A stretch of DNA of 32,269 bases from a virus (taxonomy: Duplodnaviria; Caudoviricetes), in the IMG/VR virus record IMGVR_UViG_3300028024_000022, positions 1 to 32,269 of that record, one strand, 5' to 3'. Position 1 is the stretch's first letter; each line of letters opens with the position of its first letter. Both the position numbers and the translations under genes were made by a program. The notes below the pieces were generated by a model that was not told the origin of the DNA, made no database searches, and worked only from the letters and a program-made list of their open reading frames with translations. This document shows positions 18,531-28,094 of this stretch, in pieces.

Positions 18531-18917
18531 GTGGCAGGCTTTAGGTTTGAGGTGCCCCGGGAGCTCGAAACCAAGCTGCTTAAACTGGGCGATGCAGGGG
18601 ACAAAGTTATACCCAAAATGCTCGCCGCCGCCGCCGCTGCCGTCGCACAGCACCTGACCGGAACGCATTTTGGAAAGTATGTCAAGGTCGCGAAGCCCAA
18701 GAAAAACAAATACGGCTGGTTTGCACGCGTGTTTTTCGACGGGAAAACCTCGTCGGGCGCGCCTGCGGGGCTGGCCGCGGCGGTATACGAGTTTGGCCGG
18801 CAGGGGTATCATCCGCAGCCTGCCAGGCCGGAGGTCCGGCGTAAGATCGAGAACGCCGAGGCGGATGCGATAGACGCGATGCAAGCCACATTTGACGAGG
18901 AGGCAAAAAAGTTATGA
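18531..18917 (+). CDS. HK97 gp10-like neck/tail-completion protein
   Basis: AVYEFG...QPARP motif; AGGAGG RBS; synteny. Confidence 0.75.
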   Translation: MAGFRFEVPRELETKLLKLGDAGDKVIPKMLAAAAAAVAQHLTGTHFGKYVKVAKPKKNKYGWFARVFFDGKTSSGAPAGLAAAVYEFGRQGYHPQPARPEVRRKIENAEADAIDAMQATFDEEAKKL

Positions 18918-19261
18918 ATATTATCTCCTCCATCACCGCCGCGCTCGCGCCCATGGGGCTGACGCCGGCTGTCGGGATGTATGCGGTTGCGGAGGGACAG
19001 CAATACCCGGACGCCTACATCGTCATAACGCCGCTTGACGAGCGCAACGACGATATCGCGGACGACGCGCCGCTGACCGAAACCGCCGCCGCGGATGTCA
19101 ATCTTTACGTGCGCGGCAATTACCAGCCCCAAAAGGACCAGATGAAAAGCCTGCTGGAAACGGCAGGTTTTTATTTGTCCTATCGCGGCTATGTGGCCTA
19201 TGAGCAGGACACGGGCCACCACCATTATGTGATCACGGTCGAAAAAAAGGAGGTCCTTTAG
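18914..19261 (+). CDS. tail terminator protein (probable)
   Basis: ADD, YEQDTGHHHY; located directly before the major tail gene. Confidence 0.7.
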   Translation: MNIISSITAALAPMGLTPAVGMYAVAEGQQYPDAYIVITPLDERNDDIADDAPLTETAAADVNLYVRGNYQPQKDQMKSLLETAGFYLSYRGYVAYEQDTGHHHYVITVEKKEVL

Positions 19262-19828
19262 ATGCCCGGTAACAAAGTAAAATTTGGTCTTAAAAACGTC
19301 CACTACGCCGTCCTGACCGAGGGGGCCGGCGTCACTCCCGACACCTATACAACGCCGGCCCCCTGGCCGGGCGCGGTCAATATGACGCTATCTGCCGTGG
19401 GCGACCGGACGCCATTTATCGCTGACGACAGCGAATATTATACCTCGGTCGGAAATAATGGGTACGACGGGACCCTGGAGTGCGCGGAGCTGCCGGAATC
19501 TTTTGCCAAGGACGTCCTCGGCGAAATCGAGGACGATAATAAAGTGCTTTTCGAAAAAAATACCGTCGAGCCGGTGCCGATCGCGCTGCTGTTTGAGTTT
19601 ACGGGCGACGCGCACCAGATCAAGCACGTGTTTTATAAATGCATCGTCACCCGGCCCAATATCGACGGCACCGCCACCACAAACAAAGAGGTTAAGACCA
19701 ATACGCTAAATATTCAGGCGCGGCCCAACCGCGCGGGATACGTTAAGGCCAAGACCAAGTCCGACACACTCTCCACGGCATCGGCCGCGTGGTATACGAC
19801 GGTACAGGTCTTTACCGAGGGGGCATAA
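19262..19828 (+). CDS. major tail protein, phi13 family
   Basis: NKVKFGLKNVHYA, PGAV, ADD..YY, NNGYDG.LE, ALLFEF.GD. Confidence 0.92.
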   Translation: MPGNKVKFGLKNVHYAVLTEGAGVTPDTYTTPAPWPGAVNMTLSAVGDRTPFIADDSEYYTSVGNNGYDGTLECAELPESFAKDVLGEIEDDNKVLFEKNTVEPVPIALLFEFTGDAHQIKHVFYKCIVTRPNIDGTATTNKEVKTNTLNIQARPNRAGYVKAKTKSDTLSTASAAWYTTVQVFTEGA

Positions 19829-19831
19829 GCC

Positions 19832-20173
19832 GTGGAAAAAATACTGACGATCGATGGGCGGCAGGTGCGCTTTAAGGCCACCGCCGCCTTACCTTTGCAT
19901 TATAAAGCGCAGTTTGGGCGAGATATGTTTGCAGATATCGCCGTGGTCAATAAAAGTTGGCATCCGGAGGGCGCCGGCGGGTATTTTGACGAAACGCTCG
20001 ATATGAGCCTGATTTACAACCTCATTTGGACCATGGCAAAAGCTGCGGAGCCGGGTATCAAGCCGCCCTTGGAATGGTATGACGAGTTTGATACCGGGCT
20101 CCCGGTATTTAATTGCTTCGCCGAATTAAGCGATATGCTTATGAGATCGATCCAAGGCACACAAAAAAACTGA
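19832..20173 (+). CDS. tail assembly chaperone (gpG-like)
   Basis: MEK.LTIDGRQVRFKAT...YKAQFGRD; located between the major tail and tape measure genes. Confidence 0.85.
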   Translation: MEKILTIDGRQVRFKATAALPLHYKAQFGRDMFADIAVVNKSWHPEGAGGYFDETLDMSLIYNLIWTMAKAAEPGIKPPLEWYDEFDTGLPVFNCFAELSDMLMRSIQGTQKN

Positions 20174-20346
20174 CGGGCGACGGCGTCCCCGTAACTGCGG
20201 AAAGCACTTTGCGTGCCGCTCTTGCAATGGGGCTGACCGTCGCCGATCTTGATTTACTGACTATCGGCATGCTAAACGACCTGGCGATCGAAATGAGCGG
20301 CGAGACGGAGCGCGAGTCAACACAAGCCGACTATGATACGTTTTAA
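20164..20346 (+). CDS. -1 frameshift extension of the tail chaperone (gpGT-like)
   Basis: Slippery heptamer A AAA AAC at 20164-20170 directly before the TGA. The -1 frame is open to 20346 (GLTVADLDLLTIGM..D...TQADYDTF). Confidence 0.85.
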   Translation, partial: KKLTGDGVPVTAESTLRAALAMGLTVADLDLLTIGMLNDLAIEMSGETERESTQADYDTF

Positions 20347-20364
20347 CTGGCGGAAAGGAGCAGT

Positions 20365-21990
20365 ATGGCATTTAATATCGGAGCAATCGTGACTGTTGGC
20401 GGCGAAAAAGAGTTTAACGCCGCCATGAAAAATATGCAACAGTCCATGAAATATGTTTCTGCCGAGGCCAATGCCGCCATGTCCGCTTTTGGGGCCAACG
20501 AAAAAAGTGTCGAGAGCCTGACCGCTAAGAATAACGAGCTCAAAAAGGCGCTGGACGTGCAGCGGCAGGGCGTCGCGAGCATCAAGACCGAGCTGGATAA
20601 ACTCGTCGCTGCCGGGCTCGATCCGGCCAGTGAAAAATATAAGCAACTCAAGGCTAACCTTGACAACGTGACTGCCTCCGCAAACAAAACCGAGCAGGAG
20701 ATCAAGGATAATGAGGCAGCTATGGCCAAGCTCACCGAAAAAAGCTCGGGCCTGGGCGACACGATCAAGGGCATGGCCGAAAAGCTCGGCGTTACCTTGC
20801 CCGCGGGCGCGCAGAAGGGCATTGATGCCCTTAACAAGGTAAGCGCCAGCACCGTCGTTTTTGTGGGCGCGACCGTCAAAGCGATATCGACATTGGTTGA
20901 TTATAGCTTTCAGGCAGCCAAGACGGCCGACGATATCATGACGCTAAGCAGTACCACGGGCATGACGACCGATAAAATACAGGAGTTGGAATACTCGTCT
21001 GAGCTGCTGGACGTATCTTTTGAGACAGTCTCCGGAAGTATGACCAAAATGATCCGCTCGATGAATACTGCCCGGCAGGGCAGCGGCGACGCGGCCGATG
21101 CGTACCGAAAATTGCATGTCAGTGTTTCCGGCGCCGGCGGGCAGCTCCGCGATGCAAACGATGTATTTTATGACGTAATTGACCGCCTCGGTCGCATGAA
21201 AAATGAGACTGAGCGCGATGCAATATCTATGCAAATATTTGGAAAATCTGCGCGCGAGCTCAATCCATTGATCGAGGCTGGCAGCGCAAAAATTAAAGAG
21301 TTTGCGGATGAGGCCCATAAGATGGGTTATGTTATGGACCAGGATACCCTTGCGCGCCTGGGCCAGCTCGACGACGCGTTCCAGCGTTTTAGTAAACAGG
21401 CGGATACGGTAAAAAATACGCTCGCTATGGCGCTACTGCCCGTAATCACGCTCCTTGTCGAGACATTAAGCAAAGTGGATCCAAAGGTGATTGCCACCGT
21501 CGCCATACTTGGCACAATAACGATAACGGTAATTGCCGTAATTAAGGCGGTCAAGGATGTGACAGGCATTTTTGGCACATTTTCGGCGGCCAGCCTTAAA
21601 ACGACCGCAATCATCCTGGGCGTCGTGGCCGCGTTGATCGCATTGGCCGCTATCATCGCCGTAATCGCCGGAAAAGGAAACGATCTTGACCGGGCCATGT
21701 CCAGCATTGGCACCAACGTCAGCAAGGTCAATTCGACCATCCCCAAATATGCCGCCGGTACCAGCTCCCATCCGGGCGGCCTTGCAGTTGTCGGTGACGC
21801 CGGGCCGGAGCTCGTTGACCTGAGCCGAGGAGCCAGGGTATACAGCAACGCAGATACCCGCCGGATGCTCGCGGCCGTGGGTGGCGATACGTTTTACGTC
21901 ACCATCGACGCAAAAAACGTGCGTGAGTTTAACGACATCGTGCATATGGCGCAAAGTGCCCGCCAACAGAGAAGGGCAGGCGGTCGGTAA
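20365..21990 (+). CDS. tail tape measure protein
   Basis: GEKEFN.AMK start, helical Ala-rich body, hydrophobic C-terminal helices, YAAGT..GG.AVVG.AGPELV motif. Confidence 0.9.
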   Translation: MAFNIGAIVTVGGEKEFNAAMKNMQQSMKYVSAEANAAMSAFGANEKSVESLTAKNNELKKALDVQRQGVASIKTELDKLVAAGLDPASEKYKQLKANLDNVTASANKTEQEIKDNEAAMAKLTEKSSGLGDTIKGMAEKLGVTLPAGAQKGIDALNKVSASTVVFVGATVKAISTLVDYSFQAAKTADDIMTLSSTTGMTTDKIQELEYSSELLDVSFETVSGSMTKMIRSMNTARQGSGDAADAYRKLHVSVSGAGGQLRDANDVFYDVIDRLGRMKNETERDAISMQIFGKSARELNPLIEAGSAKIKEFADEAHKMGYVMDQDTLARLGQLDDAFQRFSKQADTVKNTLAMALLPVITLLVETLSKVDPKVIATVAILGTITITVIAVIKAVKDVTGIFGTFSAASLKTTAIILGVVAALIALAAIIAVIAGKGNDLDRAMSSIGTNVSKVNSTIPKYAAGTSSHPGGLAVVGDAGPELVDLSRGARVYSNADTRRMLAAVGGDTFYVTIDAKNVREFNDIVHMAQSARQQRRAGGR

Positions 21991-24065
21991 TGGCGACATA
22001 TCAGGGCAATAACTATGCGTCCGACGTCTACTTGGTGGATACGTCGACCGGGGCGGTGACGCGCGGGACCGAGATCGGCATAAGGGTCGACTACGATACG
22101 AGCTACTACTCGGGAGCGTGGCATACCGGCGCCGCCTACAAAAAGGCGGTATTTGTATACGGCGGCGCGGCGGCGGGCATGGGCAAAAAGCGCAGGCTCG
22201 GAAAGGCGTCCGGGCCGTATGTCTATGTGACGTCGTATGATGGCGGTTATCAGCTGATCAACTGCTATTTTACGTCCGGGTCGTCCATGGCAAATTTTAT
22301 GATGGACGTCCCGTATACGTTTTACGAGTACCTGACGACCCGGCAGGAGTATGCCAACTACGCCGTGCCCGGGCTGTCGATAAACACATATAATAATTTT
22401 ACGCAGTTTCGGACGAGCGAGATATACGCCAACCAGGGCGTGATCGGGGACATAGGGGGCCATGAGGCCGACTCTCCGCGCATTGTCGGCAACGTGCTCG
22501 CAACCATCCAGACACATCTCGGCGCCAACAGGCCGTATATCGTCGAAAACTACGAGGATGTAACGCCCTATATCACCAACTGCTACCCGACCTCCGGCTT
22601 TGTCAGCGACCAGTCTCCCGCGACGTTTGGGTGGACCTTTGGCTATGATGCCTCCGGCGTCACCGACGCGATCGCGCAGGGCTCCGCCAAATTCCGCTGG
22701 CGTGAAGCCGGCGCCGGGTCATATACCGAGATTGCGGTATCCGGCGCCCAAAGCTCGATCACCGTCCCCGCAGGGACGTTTACGGCGTCCAACATTGAGT
22801 GGCAGGTCGTTGTTACATCGGACGACGGGATCGAGAGCGCCCCGTCGGCGTGGTACGCCTTTACGGTCGTCGACTTTGTATCGACGGCCCGGCCGGTCAG
22901 CCCGGTCAACGTCTATGCCGAGGTCGACAAGCCAATCATTTTTAGCTGGCAGCACATCATTGGGAGCGGCACGCCGCAGACCAAGGCCGAGCTGCAGTAT
23001 ATGGTCGATGGCGGGTCCTGGCAGGCTCTCGCGACCGTCAATGGCGCGGCGCAAAGCATAACGATCGCCGCCAATACCCTGCCCGCCGGGCGCATCTCCT
23101 GGAGGGTGCGCACGTACAACACCGACAATATCGCGGGAGCCTGGAGCACCGCCGCGGCGTTTGTGGGCATCGGCACGCCGCAGCCGCCCTCTATCACCGG
23201 CATCACCGACAGCGCGCGGCCCACGATTAGTTGGCAGGCTGTCGGGCAAGTCGCATATCAGGTGCGCATCCGGCAGGATGGCGCAGCCGGATATGTCTAT
23301 GAGACCGGGCAGATATCGGGCATCGACAAGCTGCATAAGGTGACGGCGTACCTCTACAACAGCAGTTACACGGCCTACGTGCGCATCCTCAACGCATCGC
23401 TGTGGAGCGATTGGTCGGGCATCGGCTTTACGGTCGCCGTAACGCCGCCGATCACACCCACGATCACCGCGGAGGTGATCCCGGGCGGCGCGAGGGTTAC
23501 GATCCCGCCGGCATCGGCGGCGCACGTCTATCTGCATCGCAACGGGATGCCCGTCGCCGACGTGACGGGCATAACCGCCTATGATGATTATGCGGCACTC
23601 GGCAGGACGGTATATGCGGTACGGGTCATTGACGCCGACGATGCTTTTGCGGACGGCAATCTCGCCGCCGTCACCGTCGCCGTCACCGCTGCGCAGATCG
23701 CGGCGGTCGACGCGCTGGACGCTCCCGTGCGCCTCCTGCTGACCCGTGGCGGGCCGCGCAAGGTTTCGGGCGGACTTGCCCAGGACGTAACTTACCAGAC
23801 CTTTGCGGGGCGCTCACGGCCTCTCGCGACATTCTCGGGCGCGGAGAGCGAGAGCTACTCGCTGTCCGTATCCTTTTTGGACGCCGCGGATCGCGACGCG
23901 CTGTACGCGCTGATGCGCCGGCGCATGACCTGTCTGTACCGCGACCAATGGGGCAACCGCTGGTACGCGGTGCTGGGCGCTGCGGATATCGCGCAGGACC
24001 GGATCGCGACCGACCTGACGCTGACGCTGACGGTCGTGGACTATGTCGAGGGGATCGAGGTGTAG
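21990..24065 (+). CDS. tail-tip protein with fibronectin-III/Ig-like domains (Dit position)
   Basis: First gene after the tape measure gene; repeated beta-sandwich motifs (WQVVV..D.G..SAPSAW, WRVRTYN...GAWS); C-terminal LYRDQWG. Confidence 0.7.
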   Translation: MATYQGNNYASDVYLVDTSTGAVTRGTEIGIRVDYDTSYYSGAWHTGAAYKKAVFVYGGAAAGMGKKRRLGKASGPYVYVTSYDGGYQLINCYFTSGSSMANFMMDVPYTFYEYLTTRQEYANYAVPGLSINTYNNFTQFRTSEIYANQGVIGDIGGHEADSPRIVGNVLATIQTHLGANRPYIVENYEDVTPYITNCYPTSGFVSDQSPATFGWTFGYDASGVTDAIAQGSAKFRWREAGAGSYTEIAVSGAQSSITVPAGTFTASNIEWQVVVTSDDGIESAPSAWYAFTVVDFVSTARPVSPVNVYAEVDKPIIFSWQHIIGSGTPQTKAELQYMVDGGSWQALATVNGAAQSITIAANTLPAGRISWRVRTYNTDNIAGAWSTAAAFVGIGTPQPPSITGITDSARPTISWQAVGQVAYQVRIRQDGAAGYVYETGQISGIDKLHKVTAYLYNSSYTAYVRILNASLWSDWSGIGFTVAVTPPITPTITAEVIPGGARVTIPPASAAHVYLHRNGMPVADVTGITAYDDYAALGRTVYAVRVIDADDAFADGNLAAVTVAVTAAQIAAVDALDAPVRLLLTRGGPRKVSGGLAQDVTYQTFAGRSRPLATFSGAESESYSLSVSFLDAADRDALYALMRRRMTCLYRDQWGNRWYAVLGAADIAQDRIATDLTLTLTVVDYVEGIEV

Positions 24066-24068
24066 GAT

Positions 24069-25313
24069 ATGGAGCCGATCGCAAGAGGGATATGGTCCGA
24101 GCGGCAGATCCTCGACGCGCTGCTCGGGCGCGCGGGCAAGCGCGAGGTAAGTTTCCGCGGCGACATCATGCGCGGCGGCGCGAAACTGCGCGAAGTCACG
24201 CTGGGCTCCGGCAGCTCGGTCAGCATGGACGCCGACGCCGACGTGCAGCGCACCGCCCGGTTTGTGCTTTTCGAGGAACTGGACTGGCTGCTCGACGAGA
24301 TCAAGCCGTACATGCTCCTGCGCATGGAGGACGCGACGCAAGTCACGTCAGTACTTTTTGAGACCTGGGCGCAGCGCGATGCGCTGCAGTGGTCCTGGGC
24401 GGCTTGGGATGCCAAGGGCTATACCTGGGCGCAGATGGACGCTGGGCGCGCCGATACCGTGACCGTGACCCCGCAGTACGCCGAGTTTGCGCTCGGCGTT
24501 TTCGTGCCATCCACCCCACGGCGGGCAACGGCGGGAGGGCTTACGAGCTGGGATGTGCAGGCTTACGACCGCACGGTGATCCTGCAGGAGGACAGCCTGA
24601 CCGAACCGCTGTATTTTGCCGCGGGCACCGAGTACCTAGACGCGGTGCAGTCGGTATTGGCCGGCGCGGGGATTGCAAATGTCATGATCGCGGATACGTC
24701 CGATGCGATCCTGCCCGCCGACCGGGAGTTTGAGATCGGTACCAAAAAACTGGAGATCGCCAACGCGCTGCTCCGGGAGATCGTCTATGACCCCGTATGG
24801 TTTGATGTCGACGGCGTCTGCATGATCACCCGGTATGCGGAGCCCTCCCCGGCGCGGATCGATTTTACATATGCCGCCGGGGATCTGTCCGTGATCGCCC
24901 GGGATACGCAGAGCGAGCTGGATCTGTATGGCGTGCCAAACGTCTTTATCGGCATCTGCAGCAACCCTGACATGGATCAGGATTATGTAAGCGTATACGT
25001 CAACGACAATCCGGTCTCCCGCCTGTCCACGGGGCGCCGCGGACGGAGGATCGTGAGCGAGATATACCAGTTTGATGCGATCGCGACGCAGGAGGATCTC
25101 GACGCCGCGGTCGCCAAAATTGCTTTTGAGGCCAATCAGGTCGAGGAGATCGTGACGGTCCAAACGGCGCTGATGCCGATCCACGGGCGGCTAGATACGC
25201 TGGCGCTGTCGCACCCTGACGTCGAGGGCACCGTCACAGAGCACGTCTGGGAGCTGCCGCTAGAGGCGGGCGCGTGGATGACGCATACTTGCAAAAGGCT
25301 GGTGATCGCATGA
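24069..25313 (+). CDS. minor tail protein (Tal/hub position)
   Basis: Synteny; LGVFV.STP, AYDRT..L, DLYGVPNVF motifs. Confidence 0.7.
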   Translation: MEPIARGIWSERQILDALLGRAGKREVSFRGDIMRGGAKLREVTLGSGSSVSMDADADVQRTARFVLFEELDWLLDEIKPYMLLRMEDATQVTSVLFETWAQRDALQWSWAAWDAKGYTWAQMDAGRADTVTVTPQYAEFALGVFVPSTPRRATAGGLTSWDVQAYDRTVILQEDSLTEPLYFAAGTEYLDAVQSVLAGAGIANVMIADTSDAILPADREFEIGTKKLEIANALLREIVYDPVWFDVDGVCMITRYAEPSPARIDFTYAAGDLSVIARDTQSELDLYGVPNVFIGICSNPDMDQDYVSVYVNDNPVSRLSTGRRGRRIVSEIYQFDAIATQEDLDAAVAKIAFEANQVEEIVTVQTALMPIHGRLDTLALSHPDVEGTVTEHVWELPLEAGAWMTHTCKRLVIA

Positions 25314-25555
25314 GCACGTCGAGCAAGGATAATGTTTTTTTGCAGGAGCAGGCCCCGCTGCCCTACCGGCACGCGCTGGCGACGGTCGAGCAGATCGTAT
25401 CGGGCGGCGTGATCATCAGCACCGACGACGGGACGGTGCACCCCAAGCCCTGCAGGCTGCTGGCGTCATACTCGCCGGCCGTGGGCGACCGTGTATATAT
25501 CGTGCCCTTTGGCGACGTGAGCACCTCATATTTGATCATAGGCAAGGTGGTGTAA
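25310..25555 (+). CDS. small tail-tip protein (OB-fold-like)
   Basis: LASYSPAVGDRV...YLIIGKV; ATGA coupling. Confidence 0.65.
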   Translation: MSTSSKDNVFLQEQAPLPYRHALATVEQIVSGGVIISTDDGTVHPKPCRLLASYSPAVGDRVYIVPFGDVSTSYLIIGKVV

Positions 25556-25557
25556 AA

Positions 25558-26442
25558 ATGGCTTACACAAATATGACACCCTATAAGCATCTGCCGCAAT
25601 ATGTACCCGGTGACCGGCAGACGATGGCCGACGTCAACGAGGCATACCGCAAAATAGACAGCCTCGGGCAGCCGCTTGATATCGCGGGCAGCTACGCGAC
25701 TCTCGGGGACCTGCAGACGGCATACCCAGCGGGCGACGGCGGCCGGTCGTATATCGCCGGGACAGTAATCTATGTTTGGGACGGCACCGCCTGGGTATCG
25801 ACCGGTATCGACCTAACCGGGTATCACACGGCCGCGGAGGTAGATGCGCTGCTGGCCGCGATCCATGGGACACCCGCGGGCGGTACCGCAGGTCAGGTGC
25901 TTAAAAAGGCCAGCGATGATGACCACGATGTGCTATGGGATGGCGCCGGTGACATGCTTGCCGCGACCTACGATCCCAATCATGACGGCATAATCGGCAT
26001 CCCGCAGGGCGGCATCGGCGCGGACATGGCGGCGGCGCGTGCGGCGCTGGGAGTGCCGTTGATCACCTCGGGCACATGGACGCTAACCTTATATGGCGCC
26101 AGCACGCCGGGGTCCCCGACATACCTGCGGAACAATGGATATTATATAAAAATTGGAAATTTTATATCGCTACATGGGTCTATAAAACTTAGTAACATTG
26201 GCGGTATGGTCGGACAAGTTATTATTGGCGGCCTCCCGTTTGTGAGCGCCACAGAAGTATCCGGATCGGTTGGGTACCTAGAAGGAACAGCAACGTCAAA
26301 GCAGCTCGTTCCCTATATGCAAGGCGGTACATCGTATATGGTATTGACGTACAACAACTCTGGGAGCGTGATCGTGCAGACGAGCGATATAACAAACAGC
26401 TTTGGCGCGTATGGCATCGTCATCCAGTATTACACCGCATAG
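25558..26442 (+). CDS. tail fibre / receptor-binding protein
   Basis: IYVWDG..W, PAGGTAGQVLKK.SD.D.D..W, AARAALGV, and SGTWT..L..GYYIKIGN head domain. Confidence 0.75.
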   Translation: MAYTNMTPYKHLPQYVPGDRQTMADVNEAYRKIDSLGQPLDIAGSYATLGDLQTAYPAGDGGRSYIAGTVIYVWDGTAWVSTGIDLTGYHTAAEVDALLAAIHGTPAGGTAGQVLKKASDDDHDVLWDGAGDMLAATYDPNHDGIIGIPQGGIGADMAAARAALGVPLITSGTWTLTLYGASTPGSPTYLRNNGYYIKIGNFISLHGSIKLSNIGGMVGQVIIGGLPFVSATEVSGSVGYLEGTATSKQLVPYMQGGTSYMVLTYNNSGSVIVQTSDITNSFGAYGIVIQYYTA

Positions 26443-26450
26443 GAGGCATT

Positions 26451-26723
26451 ATGCAAATCGACAAAGGATTACTGATTACGTCTAGCGTGTCCATCCAGTC
26501 CGCCGAGTACGGTATGCGCGCCTACATCAACAGCGCCCGCGGACGCGCCGAGCTGACGGCCGAATGCCCGCCCGAGATCGTCATGCGGGTGCTGGAGGTA
26601 TGGGGCCCGGAGCCCACGGTGACGGAGCCGGTATACCCCGATCCGGAGCCCGGGCCGCCGACCGTCGAGGACCGCCTTTCGGCGGCCGAGGACCTATTAC
26701 TATCCATGCTGGGGGTGATTTAA
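26451..26723 (+). CDS. tail fibre-associated protein (XkdW-like position)
   Basis: AGGAGG RBS; RAY.NS..GR.EL, Pro-rich linker, PTVEDRL..AE. Confidence 0.65.
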   Translation: MQIDKGLLITSSVSIQSAEYGMRAYINSARGRAELTAECPPEIVMRVLEVWGPEPTVTEPVYPDPEPGPPTVEDRLSAAEDLLLSMLGVI

Positions 26724-26864
26724 GTGTCTCCGGTTGCAAAGTTTTTGCAGGTGCAATATCAGCTTGGGCGCATCACAAAGGACGACTTGCGGGCGGCGGT
26801 CAGTAAGGGCATTATTACCATCGAGCAATACCAGGAGATCACAGGGGAGGCGTATGAGCAGTGA
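26724..26864 (+). CDS. xkdX: XkdX family protein (absent from the ORF track, 46 aa)
   Basis: GTG 26724 after GGGGGTG gives (M)SPVAKFLQVQYQLGRITKDDLRAAVSKGIITIEQYQEITGEAYEQ, with the AV.KG.IT.EQY.EITGE.Y signature. Confidence 0.8.
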   Translation: MSPVAKFLQVQYQLGRITKDDLRAAVSKGIITIEQYQEITGEAYEQ

Positions 26865-27631
26865 GCACGGCACAGCAATTTTATGACAAAGCCCGTCAAG
26901 CAGTTGGCGGGCTTTATGTTTGGGGCGGGCAGGGGCAAGTTATGACCGAGGCCGCGCTCCGCGCCAAGGCAAAGGCGTATCCCGGCTACTTCGACGGCGG
27001 GCGCCTGGAGATGATGATCGCGCGCGTCAGGGCCGATCCGACATTGCGAGGCTGGGACTGCTCGGGGCTCGTCTGTTGGGCATTGGAGCAGGCCGGCGCG
27101 GTCAAGGCGGGCTTTGACACCACCGCGGCGGGGCTGTACGCCAACCACTGCGCGCCGGTCGTCCCCGCGGCGCTGCAGCTCGGGGACCTCCTTTTCCGGC
27201 AATCCAGCGGCAAGATCGTACATGTCGGCATCTATGCGCCCGGCGCGTGCGTGGAGGCGGCCGGCGGCGCATACGGCGTGGTGCAGTGCAAGGGGTTGTC
27301 CGGGCTCGATCATATCGCCAAAAGCTACGTAGATGGCCGCACCTACCAGCTCCCTGACTGGACGCACTACGGGCGGCTACAGGTCTTTGCGGAGGCCGCG
27401 CCGGTCGAGACCGCGCCGACGCCCAGAGAATCCGTCTTTGCGATCTGCTCCGGCGCCAGCGTCAACGTGCGCGGCGGGCCCGGGACGACGTATGGCATCG
27501 TCGCCGTTGCCCACGCCGGGGACAAGCTGACCGCGCTGACCGCGGTGGACGGCTGGCGGCAAATCACGGGCTTTATCGGCGGCAAGCCAACGGCCGGGTA
27601 TATGTCGGACAAGTACGTCAGGGAGGTATAA
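26861..27631 (+). CDS. endolysin: NlpC/P60 peptidase plus SH3 cell-wall-binding domain
   Basis: YVWGG, DCSGLV, HVGIY; C-terminal VNVRGGPGT.Y...GW...GYMS.KY. Confidence 0.88.
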   Translation: MSTAQQFYDKARQAVGGLYVWGGQGQVMTEAALRAKAKAYPGYFDGGRLEMMIARVRADPTLRGWDCSGLVCWALEQAGAVKAGFDTTAAGLYANHCAPVVPAALQLGDLLFRQSSGKIVHVGIYAPGACVEAAGGAYGVVQCKGLSGLDHIAKSYVDGRTYQLPDWTHYGRLQVFAEAAPVETAPTPRESVFAICSGASVNVRGGPGTTYGIVAVAHAGDKLTALTAVDGWRQITGFIGGKPTAGYMSDKYVREV

Positions 27632-27634
27632 GGG

Positions 27635-27847
27635 ATGCCGGCAGATCAGGTGCAGGAGATCCTCGTTGCACTGGGCAAGATCGAAACCAAGGTGGACGCG
27701 GTGCTGGAAACCGTAGGGGACCACGAGACCCGTCTGCGGACCATCGAGGCTAAGGGCGGAAAACGGTGGGACAGCCTCGTCGGCCAAGTAATCAGTATTG
27801 TTGTGGCCGCCGTAATAGGCGGCTTCATAGGACATTTCGTTAGGTAA
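27635..27847 (+). CDS. XhlA-like lysis protein
   Basis: Coiled coil (DHETRLRTIE) plus a C-terminal transmembrane helix. Confidence 0.65.
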   Translation: MPADQVQEILVALGKIETKVDAVLETVGDHETRLRTIEAKGGKRWDSLVGQVISIVVAAVIGGFIGHFVR

Positions 27848-27865
27848 AAACAGGAGGAAAAAATC

Positions 27866-28051
27866 ATGGAACGTTGGAAAAGCCCCGTCCTTTGGACGGC
27901 AATTGTCGCGCAGGTGGTGAGCATCCTGCTCATGGTCGGTGCGATCAATGTGGGTATTGGTGATCAGGTCAATCAGGTTGCGGGAGGCGTCCTGCAGCTG
28001 CTGGTGCTGGTCGGGGTGCTAAACAACCCGACGGATAAAACCAACTGGTAA
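27866..28051 (+). CDS. holin
   Basis: RWKSPVLW, two hydrophobic helices, GVLNNPT terminal motif; AGGAGG RBS. Confidence 0.85.
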   Translation: MERWKSPVLWTAIVAQVVSILLMVGAINVGIGDQVNQVAGGVLQLLVLVGVLNNPTDKTNW

Positions 28052-28056
28052 ATGAG

Positions 28057-28094
28057 GCCCCGCTGCCGAAAGGCGGCGGGGCTTTTTATTTTTT
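28057..28094 (+). terminator. intrinsic terminator ending the late operon
   Basis: GCCCCGCTGCC-GAAA-GGCGGCGGGGC followed by TTTTTATTTTTT; abuts the stop of the convergent cas8c. Confidence 0.9.

Noticed and set aside
25558-26442. Diversity-generating retroelement target in the tail fibre
   Set aside because: No reverse transcriptase and no template/variable repeat pair were seen in the window.
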